NCBI RefSeq assembly: GCF_001194135.2
Contig: NC_068989.1
Location: forward strand, 41,429,586 to 41,493,585
Direction: 5' to 3'
DNA: 64,000 nt
DNA from: Octopus bimaculoides
Taxonomy: Eukaryota
The notes beneath the pieces are model-generated. The model saw only the letters and a program-made list of their open reading frames with translations. It did not search any database and was not told where the DNA came from. Each line of letters begins with the position of its first letter. Position 1 is the stretch's first letter. The position numbers and the translations under genes were made by a program. Positions 53,132-64,000 of this stretch are shown piece by piece.

Positions 53132-53741
53132 CACACATAAGACTGGTTAAGACGGTCTCTTTGCAACCATGTAGTTTTGAGTTCAGTCCTACTATGCAGC
53201 ACCTTGAGCAAATGTCTTCTAATATAGCCCCTAATATAGCCTTATGAGTGAAATTCGTAGATGGAAACTGTGTGGAAGCCTGTTATATACACCTCCTGGT
53301 GCTGTATGAACATTTAATGTGGTTTTAGAGTCAAGTTTTGGCTGCTATATCTAGCATGGTGGTATCTCTATCTCTTAGATACCCTTAATTATAATTTTAA
53401 TAATAATTATTACCTATGACATTTTTATTCCCATGCTAGCCACCTGATATGATCGGTATTTTAACGATCTTATCCTTATTTATATGAATATATATATGTA
53501 CATATATATTAGAAATAATACATTTTTAAATCTCTCAGAGAGACTTAAGCAGTAGTGATGCGATAAAGTAGTTGTATACTGTCAACTTAACGTGACAGTC
53601 CCAATAAGGGAATCATACTACTGCTATTTTAGCCCTAGGAAACTGGACTGCTTCCTGTCGGCCTTGACACATTTCCTGTGTCCTTATGTTTACGTGAGGG
53701 AGACAAGCACCTCTACCCAGCCTAGCCTGCATTCAGGGACA

Positions 53742-53784
53742 TTCAGGCTGATGACGAGCAAAAACTCAGAAACATGTTCTTAAA
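53742..53784 (+). ncRNA. Second minimal hammerhead-like motif, possible Penelope-like-element pLTR remnant
   Basis: CUGAUGA-c-gag-caaaaa-cuc-a-GAAA-c-au-g-U-U with palindromic aacatgtt; weak stem I ttcagg/cttaaa. Confidence 0.45.
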
Positions 53785-54607
53785 CCTACCTACGTAATAT
53801 TGTGAGCCTTAAAACATTTGTTTAACAAATTCTCCATATTAATACCACTATGACAAACTTAAATATAACAGAAAAAAAACATAAATAATACCAATGTGCC
53901 AGCCAAATAAACCTCACCACACACCTACATTTTTGGGGGAAGCCTTAGATACTAATTCCCTAAAAGCTAACATACCAAGAAAACACACGTAACTATTAAG
54001 GTTACAACACTGGACTGAACTCTAGGATTTAATCTTCACATTCACAAAACAAAAGGTATCTCAATAAAACCAACAGCAACCACACCATGTGACAGATCTG
54101 CTGATTAGCCACCTTTCTATGTTCCTTTGTGAAACCCTTTGACCTATATATGACACACCTAAAGATACACACCAAATTACATAGCTATATGTACATGCAT
54201 GAATAAATTATACTCCTTAGCACTTCCTAAATTTAGTCACTAAAATTCTCCATACCATTTTACCACCACAATCTAACACAGAACATAATTATCATTCAAC
54301 AAAACTCAAGTTACATTAGAAAATTTTAACTTAACAGAAATTATATATAAAGTCAAAATATAAATGATAGCCGAAACTTTGAAGACACTGTCACTACTAT
54401 TCTTGTTAAAGGACAATGTGTGTGTATGTGTGTGTGTGTGCATGAGAGAGAGAGAGACAGACAGACAGATAGATAGACAGAAATATGTATTTCTTTTCTA
54501 AGACAAAGACAGAGGAATGAATACAAGTACTATCTCCAACCATATTAAAGGTCCACCAATGCTAATTGGGTCTACAGTGAAATTAAGAAAGCAAATAATT
54601 TCAATAC

Positions 54608-54677
54608 CTTTATAGATCTGATCAATTTGTTGTATGAGTGATGTCAGGTGGTCGCTGGAAGCTGTCAAAACTGACAC
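54608..54677 (-). CDS. TRMT13: TRMT13 exon
   Basis: ttgcag|GTG...G|gtattg; VSVLTASSDHLTSLIQQIDQIYK; phases 0 and 1 fit. Confidence 0.85.
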
Positions 54678-54776
54678 CTGCAAGAAATTATAAATATATA
54701 TATTTATATATCAACAGTAGTGTCCTAGCATGACTGCAGCTTTAAAGCTGAAACAATTTAAATAGTTCATATATAT

Positions 54777-56400
54777 AGTGGTATCTTGACTTATGACTGT
54801 CCCAACTAACGAGTTTTTCAAGATACAAGCTGTCTCTCGGCCAACTTTTTGCTTTGAATTGCAAGCTGAAATTCAGGTTATGAGCCAGCTTCAGATACCT
54901 CACCGCTATTTGGTGTAGCAAACGCTACATTGAATGCTGTAACACCACTCAGCATTCCGTATCTTACTCGATAGCTAGATAGACATGCACGTTAGCAAGT
55001 GCGAAGATCATTAATGGATTGTTAGCTAGACAGGTGGCAAAATGCTTACTTAGTCATTGCAGGCTATAGAAGCATCAGTGTTGTGCTCACAATTGTGCTT
55101 GCAGTTATTTTTCAAAACTTCGTTTTTCCAACCATGGGTCTGAAGAATGTGAGTGTGAAGGACAGTGCTGAGGAGAAGAAGGAGAAGAAGTGGATGATGT
55201 GCATTGAATTAAAGAAAGAAATTATTGTAAAATATGACCAAAGTGTGCATGTAGTCAACTTGATGAAGCAGTACGAGCACAGCACTTCTACGATCTGCAC
55301 CATATTGAAGCAGGATGAGTCGATAAAGCCTACAATGCCACCCAAGGGCGTTAAAATAATTTCCAAACAGCAGACATCTATCCATGGAAATATAGAGAAG
55401 TTGCTGATGGTGGGGTTGACTGAGAAGCAGTTCGCAGGAGATACTGTGATGGAGGCTATAATCTGTGAGAAGGCACGAGCTATTTATGCTGGTCATAACC
55501 AGACCCCAGGCAGTTGCACGGATGAGGCAACAGGCGAACCGTTTAAGGCCAGCTGGAGATGGTTTGAGAATTTTAAAATGAGAACCGGTATTCACTTCAT
55601 TGTCAGATATGGTGAGGCAGCAAACATGGATATGAAAGCAGCTGAAGATTACTTCAAAACTTTTGCCGGGATTATAGCAGCCAAAGGATACATCTCCCAG
55701 TAAGTCTTCAACTGTGATGAGACAGAATTTTTTTGGAAGAAAATGCTAAGGGGGACTTATATAATGGCAGAGAAGAGGATGCCAGGNNNNNNNNNNNNNN
55801 NNNNNNNNNNNNNNNNNNNNNNNNNNNNNCCCAGTAAGTCTTCAACTGTGATGAGACAGAATTTTTTTGGAAGAAGATGCTAAGGGGGACTTATATAATG
55901 GCAGAGAAGAGGATGCCAGGCCACGAACCCATGAAGGATAGGCTAAACCTTGCACTGTGCGCCAATGTGAGTGACAAGGTTAAGCCACTGCTCATTTATC
56001 ATTTGGAAAACCCCAGAGCCTTTAAGTCACATAAGATTCTGAAAGAAAAACTGCAGGTTAAGTGGGGGGGGGGGGCAAACCCAAGAGTGTGGGTCACCAG
56101 GCAGTTCTTAGTAGAGTGGGTGAATTTTGTCTTTGGTCTTGATGTTAAGAAATATCTCCAGGAAAATAACCTATCCCTGCAAGCCTTTCTCGTCCTGGAC
56201 AATGCACCTGCTCACCCACCTAACCTTGAAGATGACATCCTCAAAGAGTTCAAGTTTATAAAGGTTCTCTACCTTCCACCCAACACCATCCCTATCCTGC
56301 AGCAGGTAATTTCTAATTTCAAGAAGCTCTTCACTAAGCACCTGTTCTGCCACTGCTTTGAAGTGATGGAGAGTTCTGGAAGGACCACTATAACATTGTG
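54777..56400 (+). pseudogene. Tigger/pogo (TIGD1-like) transposon, 3'-truncated
   Basis: TIR-like tagtggtatcttgactta; CENP-B HTH-like ELKKEIIVKY...STICTILK, FKASWRWFENFKMR, QVFNCDET.FFW, and FLVLDNAPAHP...LPPNT. Confidence 0.9.
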
Positions 56401-57037
56401 ATATGCCTCATGCTGGGGCACCACCTTGAAGAATTTTTAGTCCAACTTATTGACTCCAGTACTTAGTGTTTTTTTTTTAAGCCCAGTACTTATTCTATTG
56501 GTCTCTTTGGCTGAACTGCTAAGTTATGGGGAAGTAAATACACCAACACCAGTTGTCCAGTGGTGGTGGGAGACATACACAGACAAAAAGACACACACAC
56601 ACACATATATATGACGGGCTTCCATCTACCAAATCCACTGACAAGGCTTTGATCAGCCCAAGTCTATAGTAGAAGACACTTGCCCAAGGCACCCTGCAGT
56701 GGGACTGAACATGGAACCAAGTGGTTGGAAAGCAAGCTTCTTACCATACAGCCACGCCTGCACCTATGTTTTCCAATAAACTCTGCTAAGTTATCCTTTT
56801 TTTTTTTTGCCCTTTTTTCCTCAATTTTTCAAATTATAAAGGTAATTTATGTACATGCTGTATAATTTTTGCTACAATGGACTGACAAGCAATTTTAATG
56901 AGACATTATTTCAAGAGAAACCCAGTTTTATAAATAGAAAAATATTTCTGTATCAACATGTTTTCAAACAATTGCTTTTTAGCAAACATTTAATGGCAAC
57001 ACTGAAACAAATTGACAATATTTTTTTGTTTAATCAG

Positions 57038-57490
57038 ATGATTCATACATATACTAATACATAGCGACACATATGAATATTTAAAAAAAATATTCATAAA
57101 ATATAAATATACATACAAATATACATAAAAATATATGTAACTAAAACCGAAAAGTATCAAGAACGTAATTTTATGACGATATCTTTCCATGGTTTGTAAG
57201 ATTTATTAATTTTTCTACAAGGACATGAGCTCCAGAAACGGCCGTTGAAAGTGAACCTCTTCAAACTGTATGGCTCTTTTAATCAAAACGCTTAACCACT
57301 CAGAACAAGAAAAATTTCTTTCATTCCACTTTTTATCAGCCCTCTTTTTCTTGCACTTCCTTCCATACATATCCCACATAGGTTTTATTTACATGTTTTT
57401 TTATGTATATTCATATATATATCTATATTTTATGAATATTTTTTTTAAATATTCATATGTGTCAATATGTATTAGTTTATGTATATGCAT
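57038..57490. mobile_element. AT-rich foldback/MITE with ~110-bp inverted arms
   Basis: 57038-57148 is approximately the reverse complement of 57381-57490; mirrored peptides YLYFMNIFFKYSYVS appear in the ORF track. Confidence 0.8.
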
Positions 57491-58919
57491 TTTATGAATA
57501 CCCCTCATTCATTGGACAATAAACCTTGCTTTCGAAGACCTATTGAGGCAAGTGTAAACAAACCAAAATCACTGACTTGGCCGATGACAGTACCACCTGA
57601 TTGGCACTCGCGCCAGTGGAAAGTTAAAATCACATCCGAGCATGAGCGTTGCCAGGGCCTCGGATTGGCTCCCATGCTGGTGACATGAAAAGCACCATTT
57701 GCGCACCGACCTCGGTGGCATTTGAACTTAGAACATAAAGACAGATGAAATGCCACTAAGCATTTTGTCTAGCATGCTAATGATTCTGCCAGCTCACAAC
57801 GTTAACATACAGAAAAATATGATCAAATTATAATTTAGATTGTGGTGTGAGTGTGATGATGAGGTAAGCTCCTGTTGAAGCAAGCATATAATCTGATTTG
57901 GATTCCTATTTGGATTCCTTCATTTATGTTAGAAATGGCTTTAAGAAAGATGTAAATACTCCACAATCTTATTTCAGACCAGTATAAATTTAATACATTG
58001 TGATTATTGTTTTAACATCTGCTTTTCTATACTTGCATGTGTCAGGTGCGAGTTCATTAGGACAAAGTTTTCTCTGGCCAGATGTCCTTTCTTGACACCA
58101 AACCCTGCCTGTTTTCAAATGAGATAATAATCTCTCAATCTACTGAACAACAATAGCCTGGACATGTTTGCTTGGATTACTGAGAACAAATGACACCTTA
58201 TGAATGAGCCTTTTGTTAACAAATATCACTTAATGTGTCAAGAAGCCTGGACATGCTTTCGCAGCAAACTGCAAGTAAATGACAAAATCAGTGAAGCCTT
58301 CGTTTACAACCAGTGAGCATACATACAGATGAAGGAAATATGAAGTAATTCCCACAAACGCACATACATATATATATATACATAATGTGTATGTATATAA
58401 TATTTATGGAGATAATATGTATGATTATGTGTGCATGCATGTATACACACACAAAAATAAAACATGACCCTTTCAATTTCCATGTACCAAATCCACTCAA
58501 GGCTTTAGGTGGACTTATGATGGAGCAGAAGACATTTGCCCAATGTGCCTCGCAGTAAGACTGACCCCGAGAAAGAAAGTGGGTGGAAAGTAAACTTCTT
58601 ATTTATACAACCATGCATGTGCCCATGCTTGTGTCAGTGTGTACACACACAGACACAGACACATACATGCATATATGATGACATACATACACACACATGC
58701 ATATATATATATACATAATATATATACATCCACACACACACGTACAATATATATGCAAGTGCCATGTTAAAAGCACCTAGCACACACTGTAAAGTGGTTG
58801 ACATTAGGAAGGGCATCCAGCCATAGTGGCCAAACCAGATCAGACTGGAGCCTGGTGCAGATCTCTGGTTTGCCAGTTCTGGACAAACCAACCAACCAGT
58901 ATGGTAAAACAGACATTAA

Positions 58920-58951
<32 letters not shown>

Positions 58952-59247
58952 ACACACACACACACAACCATACAAGCTATATATTGACATATATAGCTTG
59001 GATGGTTAAACAGGATCCAATGGGTCAGAGAACCACATTTTGCTCCTGCAGAGATATTATGCGCAAGACATGGTCCACCACTCTGTTAGCTCCTGACTAA
59101 CAATCTAACCCATGGCAACATGGACAGCAGAAATTAAAATGATGATGGCATGTGTGTGTGCATGTATGTATGTGTATGTATTTGTGTGTGTGTGTGTGGT
59201 GTGTGCTTGTGTGCATACTGATACTAAGGAATATGATCCAGTCTTAC

Positions 59248-59310
59248 CTTGTCTGGACATAACTCTCCTTTGTCTAAGGATCCGGAGTTGATTTCATTAA
59301 CGTGATATAT
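59248..59310 (-). CDS. TRMT13: TRMT13 exon
   Basis: ttacag|ATA...AAG|gtaaga; IYHVNEINSGSLDKGELCPDK (Y...IN.G motif after the zinc finger). Confidence 0.87.
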
Positions 59311-60419
59311 CTGTAATACAAGAACATTGATGAATTAGAGTATTGTAGAATATATGATAGTACTGTAATATCTCTATGAATGTATATGGATGGATGGATG
59401 GATGGATAAGTAGCTAGATAGATAGACAGATAAATAGACAGATAGACAGACAGATACACACTAATATTGTCTCTTCATATTCCAATTATTAATATTGTCT
59501 CCCCATATTCCATGTCCTGGGTATGACTTTAAACCATACTTGGTTCAGGAGTTCCAGGATTTCAAGGAGTGTAGAACCATGTCTCAGCCACTATTGTTCC
59601 CAGGTCTAATCTGCTCTGGAGTAATACCTTTCAGGGTCCCAGCTATGGGTTGATTAGTAAGTCAGTTGAGCAGATAGAGCTCGTTAGCCTGGGGTGTGGG
59701 ACCCATTGAGGGGAAGGAAAACCTCAGCATTATTCATTAAATTTGTATATTCACAAATTAATGCAAATAAAAAAAGCTAGCTCATCAGATCATTGTGACA
59801 GCATGGTTACACCAACAGTTCAACTCTAAATATACACACAAAATTCACTCTTTATACACACAATGTATGGATGGTTGGAACTGGACAAAATTCACTCTTT
59901 ATATATATATATATAATCAATGTATGGAAGGCTTGACTGGACAAAATTATATCGATTTGGTCAGTACTTACAGACAGACAGATACATACACACACACATC
60001 TTCCTCACCATCCTCCAAGGTAACACCTTTTCCATTTTGTCTGCTGGAACTAAGGAGGCAGTCTGAATTACAGGAAATTGAGAGAATGTAAGAATTTTGT
60101 TACTTACTGCCTGTAGTTGGTCAATATACCATCTCATTTACTTTCGACCTACTTAACACTTTATTTTCTCAACAAATTGCATTCAACAACAACATACTTC
60201 TATATGAAGTCAATGTATATGAACATATATATATATATATATATATATTTGAAAAAATGAATAGAAACGGCTTATCTGATAATTTTCCAGCTTTAACAAT
60301 TAGATGCTTATAAAACTTTAAAATATCTAATTATAAAAATGGAAAAATGATCAGAAAAATCATTTCTATTCATTAAAATATATAATACTGTACCAAGGAC
60401 TTTCTATTTCTCATTCTAC

Positions 60420-60466
<47 letters not shown>

Positions 60467-60835
60467 NNNNNNNNNNNNNNNNNNNNNNNNNNNNNNNNNN
60501 NNNNNNNNNNNNNNNNNNNNNNNNNNNNNNNNNNNNNNNNNNNNNNNNNNNNNNNNNNNNNNNNNNNNNNNNNNNNNNNNNNNNNNNNNNNNNNNNNNNN
60601 NNNNNNNNNNNNNNNNNNNNNNNNNNNNNNNNNNNNNNNNNNNNNNNNNNNNNNNNNNNNNNNNNNNNNNNNNNNNNNNNNNNNNNNNNNNNNNNNNNNN
60701 NNNNNNNNNNNNNNNNNNNNNNNNNNNNNNNNNNNNNNNNNNNNNNNNNNNNNNNNNNNNNNNNNNNNNNNNNNNNNNNNNNNNNNNNNNNNNNNNNNNN
60801 NNNNNNNNNNNNNNNNNNNNNNNNNNNNNNNNNNN

Positions 60836-61118
60836 AGTGTAGTATATTGCCACTTAAGTGTGGCTGACCCCTAGGGGTGGATGTTACTGTTGCTTTTAGC
60901 CCCAGGAGGACATCTCCTCCAGCTGGCTTATCGACACACGACTGTGTGCTGTTTGCCAATGTGCTGCAGATGTTGGTGAGAGGGATAACTACCCTTGGCA
61001 AACAGGATACAGTCGTGTGTCGATAAGCCAGCTGGAGGAGATGTCCTCCTGGGGCTAAAAGCAACAGTAACATCCACCCCTAGGGGTCAGCCACACTTAA
61101 GTGGCAATATACTACACT
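60836..61118. repeat. Near-perfect 283-bp foldback (~124-bp arms, ~35-nt loop) next to a (TA)n/gap
   Basis: agtgtagtatattgcc...cgacacacgactgt versus acagtcgtgtgtcg...ggcaatatactacact; one indel over the first ~110 bp. Confidence 0.93.
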
Positions 61119-61170
61119 ATATATATATCATTTTCCATCTACCAAATCTATTCACAAGGCTAGTATACAA

Positions 61171-61201
<31 letters not shown>

Positions 61202-61248
61202 ACATTGTGACTGGACTATGATTTATAAGAGAGGAAATTCAAACTCAC

Positions 61249-61315
61249 AGGTGGTGCCCTTTGTCGTTTGTTACATTTCTTCAAGTGACTGTCCAAGTTA
61301 TCTTCATACACTGTA
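61249..61315 (-). CDS. TRMT13: TRMT13 exon (second half of CHHC zinc finger); upstream exon(s) not found in window
   Basis: ttgcag|T ACA...CCT|gtgagt; (H)TVYEDNLDSHLKKCNKRQRAPP matches the HTVYED.L..HLKKCN motif. Confidence 0.95.
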
Positions 61316-61696
61316 CTGCAAATCAGAGAGAAAAGAAAATTATACCTACATGTACACTTTAGACACCCAACATGAATTTCAATCTATAGTGGAAGCGAAC
61401 CATGTCTAACATAATAGCATCACTGCATCACCTCTTTAGTTGTTGTTATTGTTGTTTAGGTTCAAGTCAACCATGTCTAAGCAGGTCTATGATCAAAGTA
61501 TTCCAGCTGCAATCGTACTATCTTTTATTTCAGGTATATTGTACCTGAGGCTGTATTATCTAATTATGTTCTGTTTTAAGACAGCAGAGTGAGATTTGAG
61601 GGATATCTGACTGCTTTTTCTAGCAAGCCAAGTAATCCCCTGAAAGAAGCCCATATATGTGCATATAAAGAAGTCCATAAATATACATATATGACT

Positions 61697-63085
61697 GGTG
61701 TAGCAGCACCATAGTCAACTACTACAAAGGTAAAGGTGATGCTTTAGATGGAAACAACTACAGGAGTATCAAATTGCTGGATCAGGTGATGAAGGTCACG
61801 GAGAGGGTCATAGACCTACTAATTAGGGAGAGAGTTAGCCTAGTTTGGTTTTGTGCCAGGTAGAAGCACCACTAATGCTATATTTCTGGTAAGCCAACTG
61901 TAGGAGAAATACCTAGCCAAAGATAAACCTCTATACTTGGCTTTTGACTTGGAGAAAGCCTTTGGCAGAGACCCCCGATCTCTTATCTGGTGGGCAATGA
62001 GGAAACTAGGGATAGATGAGTGGTTAGTAAGAGCTGTACAGGGATGCAGTTAGTAAGGTGAGGGTCAGCAACGAGTATAGTGAAGAATTCTGGGTAGAAG
62101 TAGGGGTTCGCCAAGGATCAGTCCTCAGCCCCTCCTATTTATCATAGTCCTCCAGGCAATAACAGAGGAATTCAAGACAGGATGTCACTGGGAGCTCTTT
62201 TATGCTGATGACCTTGCTCTCATAGCTGAATCACTATCAGAACTAGAGATAATATTTCAGGTGTGGAAGCAAGGTCTAGAATCAAAGGGCCTTAGAGTCA
62301 ACATATCAAAAACCAAAGTCCTAATAAGTAGGAAGGCGGATAAGTCACAAAAGCCCTTCAGATACATGGCCCTGCTTGATCTGTAGAAAAGGTGTAGGTA
62401 GAAACTCCATAAGATGTACCCAATGTAAGCTATGGACAAATAAGAGGTGCAGCAATATCAAAGGAAGGTTAACTGTGATGATAGTTTTTGTGTGCGGCAG
62501 ATGCACAGGGGCAATAAACACCAAAGATGTTCAGAAAACAGATTCTATCACATGCCAGGGTGAGAAACTAGAAGTAGTTGATAGCTTCTGCTGCCTAGGT
62601 GACCAAGTTTGTAATAGGGGTGAATACTCTGAGAGTGTTGCCACTAGAATAAGAATAGCCTGGAAAAAGTTCAGAAAGCTCCTACCTCTTGCTGGTAACA
62701 AAGGGCCTCTCGCTCAGAGTAAAAGGTAGACTGTATGATGCATGTGTGTGATCAGCCATGTTACACAGCAGTGAAACATGGGCCATGACTGTTGAGGACA
62801 TACATAGGCTTGAAAGAAATGAATCTAGTATGATCAACTGGATGTGTAATGTCAGTGTGCACACACAACAGAGTGTAAGCACCCTGAGAGAAATGTTGGA
62901 CGTAAAAAGCATCAGATGTGGTGTACAAGAGAGACGACTGCGCTGGTATGTGCTGTGTATGGATGAGGAGAGCTGTGTGAAAAAGTGTCACAACCTAACA
63001 GTGGAAAGAACCCGTGGAAGAGAGAGACCCAGAAAGACATGGGATGAGGTGGTGGAGCACGACCTTCAAGCGTTAGAGGCAATGA
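61697..63085 (+). mobile_element. RTE LINE RT-to-3' fragment (same family as 43620-44690)
   Basis: Shared nucleotide blocks with 43790-44690; LYADD; CRKGVGRNSIRCTQCKLW..KRCS; SETW; RRLRWY; GRERPRKTWDEVV. Confidence 0.9.
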
Positions 63086-63517
63086 TCACAATAAGCAGTC
63101 AGCTACCCTACTGTAGTCGTTACTACTCCCCAATGTAGGATTCCTCACCATACAGGTGACAAGCACAGCCGTAAGATGCATTACTGGGTCACACATAGAC
63201 CCCCAATGGTAACATTGATTTCAAGGCCTTCCCAGATGAGTGACTGGTTATTGAAAGACATTTATAGATTGTAAATCTATTCTGTCCAGTTACCTATCAG
63301 TATAGTGGTCATTTGCAAACTCCAGAGGTGACACTTTCATTTCCCCTTAGCCTTCACGTCACACAGTTGTTAATGTTTCAGTTGGGTCACGCCCTTCCAA
63401 TTGCTATAGATCCGTAATGCATCTTACGGCTGTGCCTGTCACCTGTATGGTGAGAAATCCTACATTGGGGAATAGTAACGACTACGGTAGGGTAGCTGAC
63501 TGCTTATTGTGATCATT
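63081..63517. mobile_element. Foldback/MITE with ~104-bp inverted arms at the LINE 3' break
   Basis: aatgatcacaataagcagtcagctaccc...gatgcattac (63081-63184) versus gtaatgcatc...gctgactgcttattgtgatcatt (63414-63517); few mismatches. Confidence 0.88.
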
Positions 63518-63946
63518 TCTCTTTTGGTTTCTTGTAGCTTTGTTCTCTTTTACAAATCCAGTGAACACACATATATTTCCTATTTCAAAGAAATTCGAAC
63601 AATACATATAAGACCCAAGTTAAAAAGATTCTCAACAATTCAACTTCTGTGGTGGACATTAAGACACCTACCCCCAATAGGGGCCTTAACACCCACATTT
63701 TAGAGCTCCATGACCTCCATTTTTCAGGAGCAAAATCCTTTTAACAGGTTCCATAAGACAGGAATTTTGGAATCTGCGCATAAAGATGAGTAGTATGGGA
63801 TGCATATGTCATGATTAGAATTTTTTTAGGGTGTGTAAAGACGGAAAGAACCCACATCTGCAATTCTGATGAAATTCGAATCATAGATATTCCAGTTCAT
63901 TACAGAAAATATAACAGAAAAGTCTAATTCTTCAATTGCATGTAAC

Positions 63947-63973
63947 ACGGGCAATGCCGGGTATCTCTGCTAG
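63947..63973 (+). mobile_element. Possible Helitron 3' terminus
   Basis: Short GC hairpin ggc-aat-gcc about 10 nt before CTAG|T. Confidence 0.4.
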
Positions 63974-64000
63974 TATTTATATAAAAAGGAATACCAAAAA

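Noticed and set aside
54139-54183. Minus-strand YVIWCVSLGVSYIGQ with GIY-YIG-like spacing
   Set aside because: Short stop-bounded frame, lacks the downstream R/EH motif, and is opposite in strand to the hammerhead; likely coincidence, though worth noting if a PLE link is confirmed.
55696-55920. ~90-bp direct duplication inside the Tigger element
   Set aside because: The two copies flank a 43-N gap exactly, so this is most likely an unmerged contig overlap.
57880-57945. ISNINEG as the TRMT13 IN.G exon
   Set aside because: No suitable donor; 59248-59310 fits the phases and motif better.
59795-60091. + strand 98-aa ORF ending near a gtaag
   Set aside because: Contains microsatellite-derived sequence, no homology, and lies antisense in a TRMT13 intron.

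Overview
AT-rich, microsatellite- and transposon-dense eukaryotic genomic DNA with many N gaps flanked by (TA)n. The repeat families, intron sizes and gap pattern suggest a coleoid cephalopod, probably Octopus (inference, not verified by search). Two convergent spliced genes can be reconstructed by hand. (1) A + strand FAM167-like gene with a long polyQ/polyH N-terminal exon (10901-11971) spliced across a 14.9-kb intron to exon 2 (26901-27122), about 430 aa. (2) A - strand TRMT13 (tRNA:m4X methyltransferase), with 12 phase-compatible GT-AG exons from 61315 down to the stop at 34894; the first exon(s) appear to lie beyond the window. The rest is decayed mobile DNA: RTE-clade LINEs, a Ty3/gypsy element, mariner/Tc1, Tigger/pogo and Merlin transposase relics, hAT, piggyBac and mariner MITEs, and SINEs. 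The most interesting unexplained structures lie in TRMT13 introns: two minimal type I hammerhead-ribozyme-like motifs (52987-53040, 53742-53784) of the kind known from Penelope-like elements, a 1.1-kb foldback element with an 8-bp TSD enclosing inverted telomere-like arrays (51714-52798), and three further long foldbacks. No folding, BLAST or HMM search was run; all calls come from manual reading.
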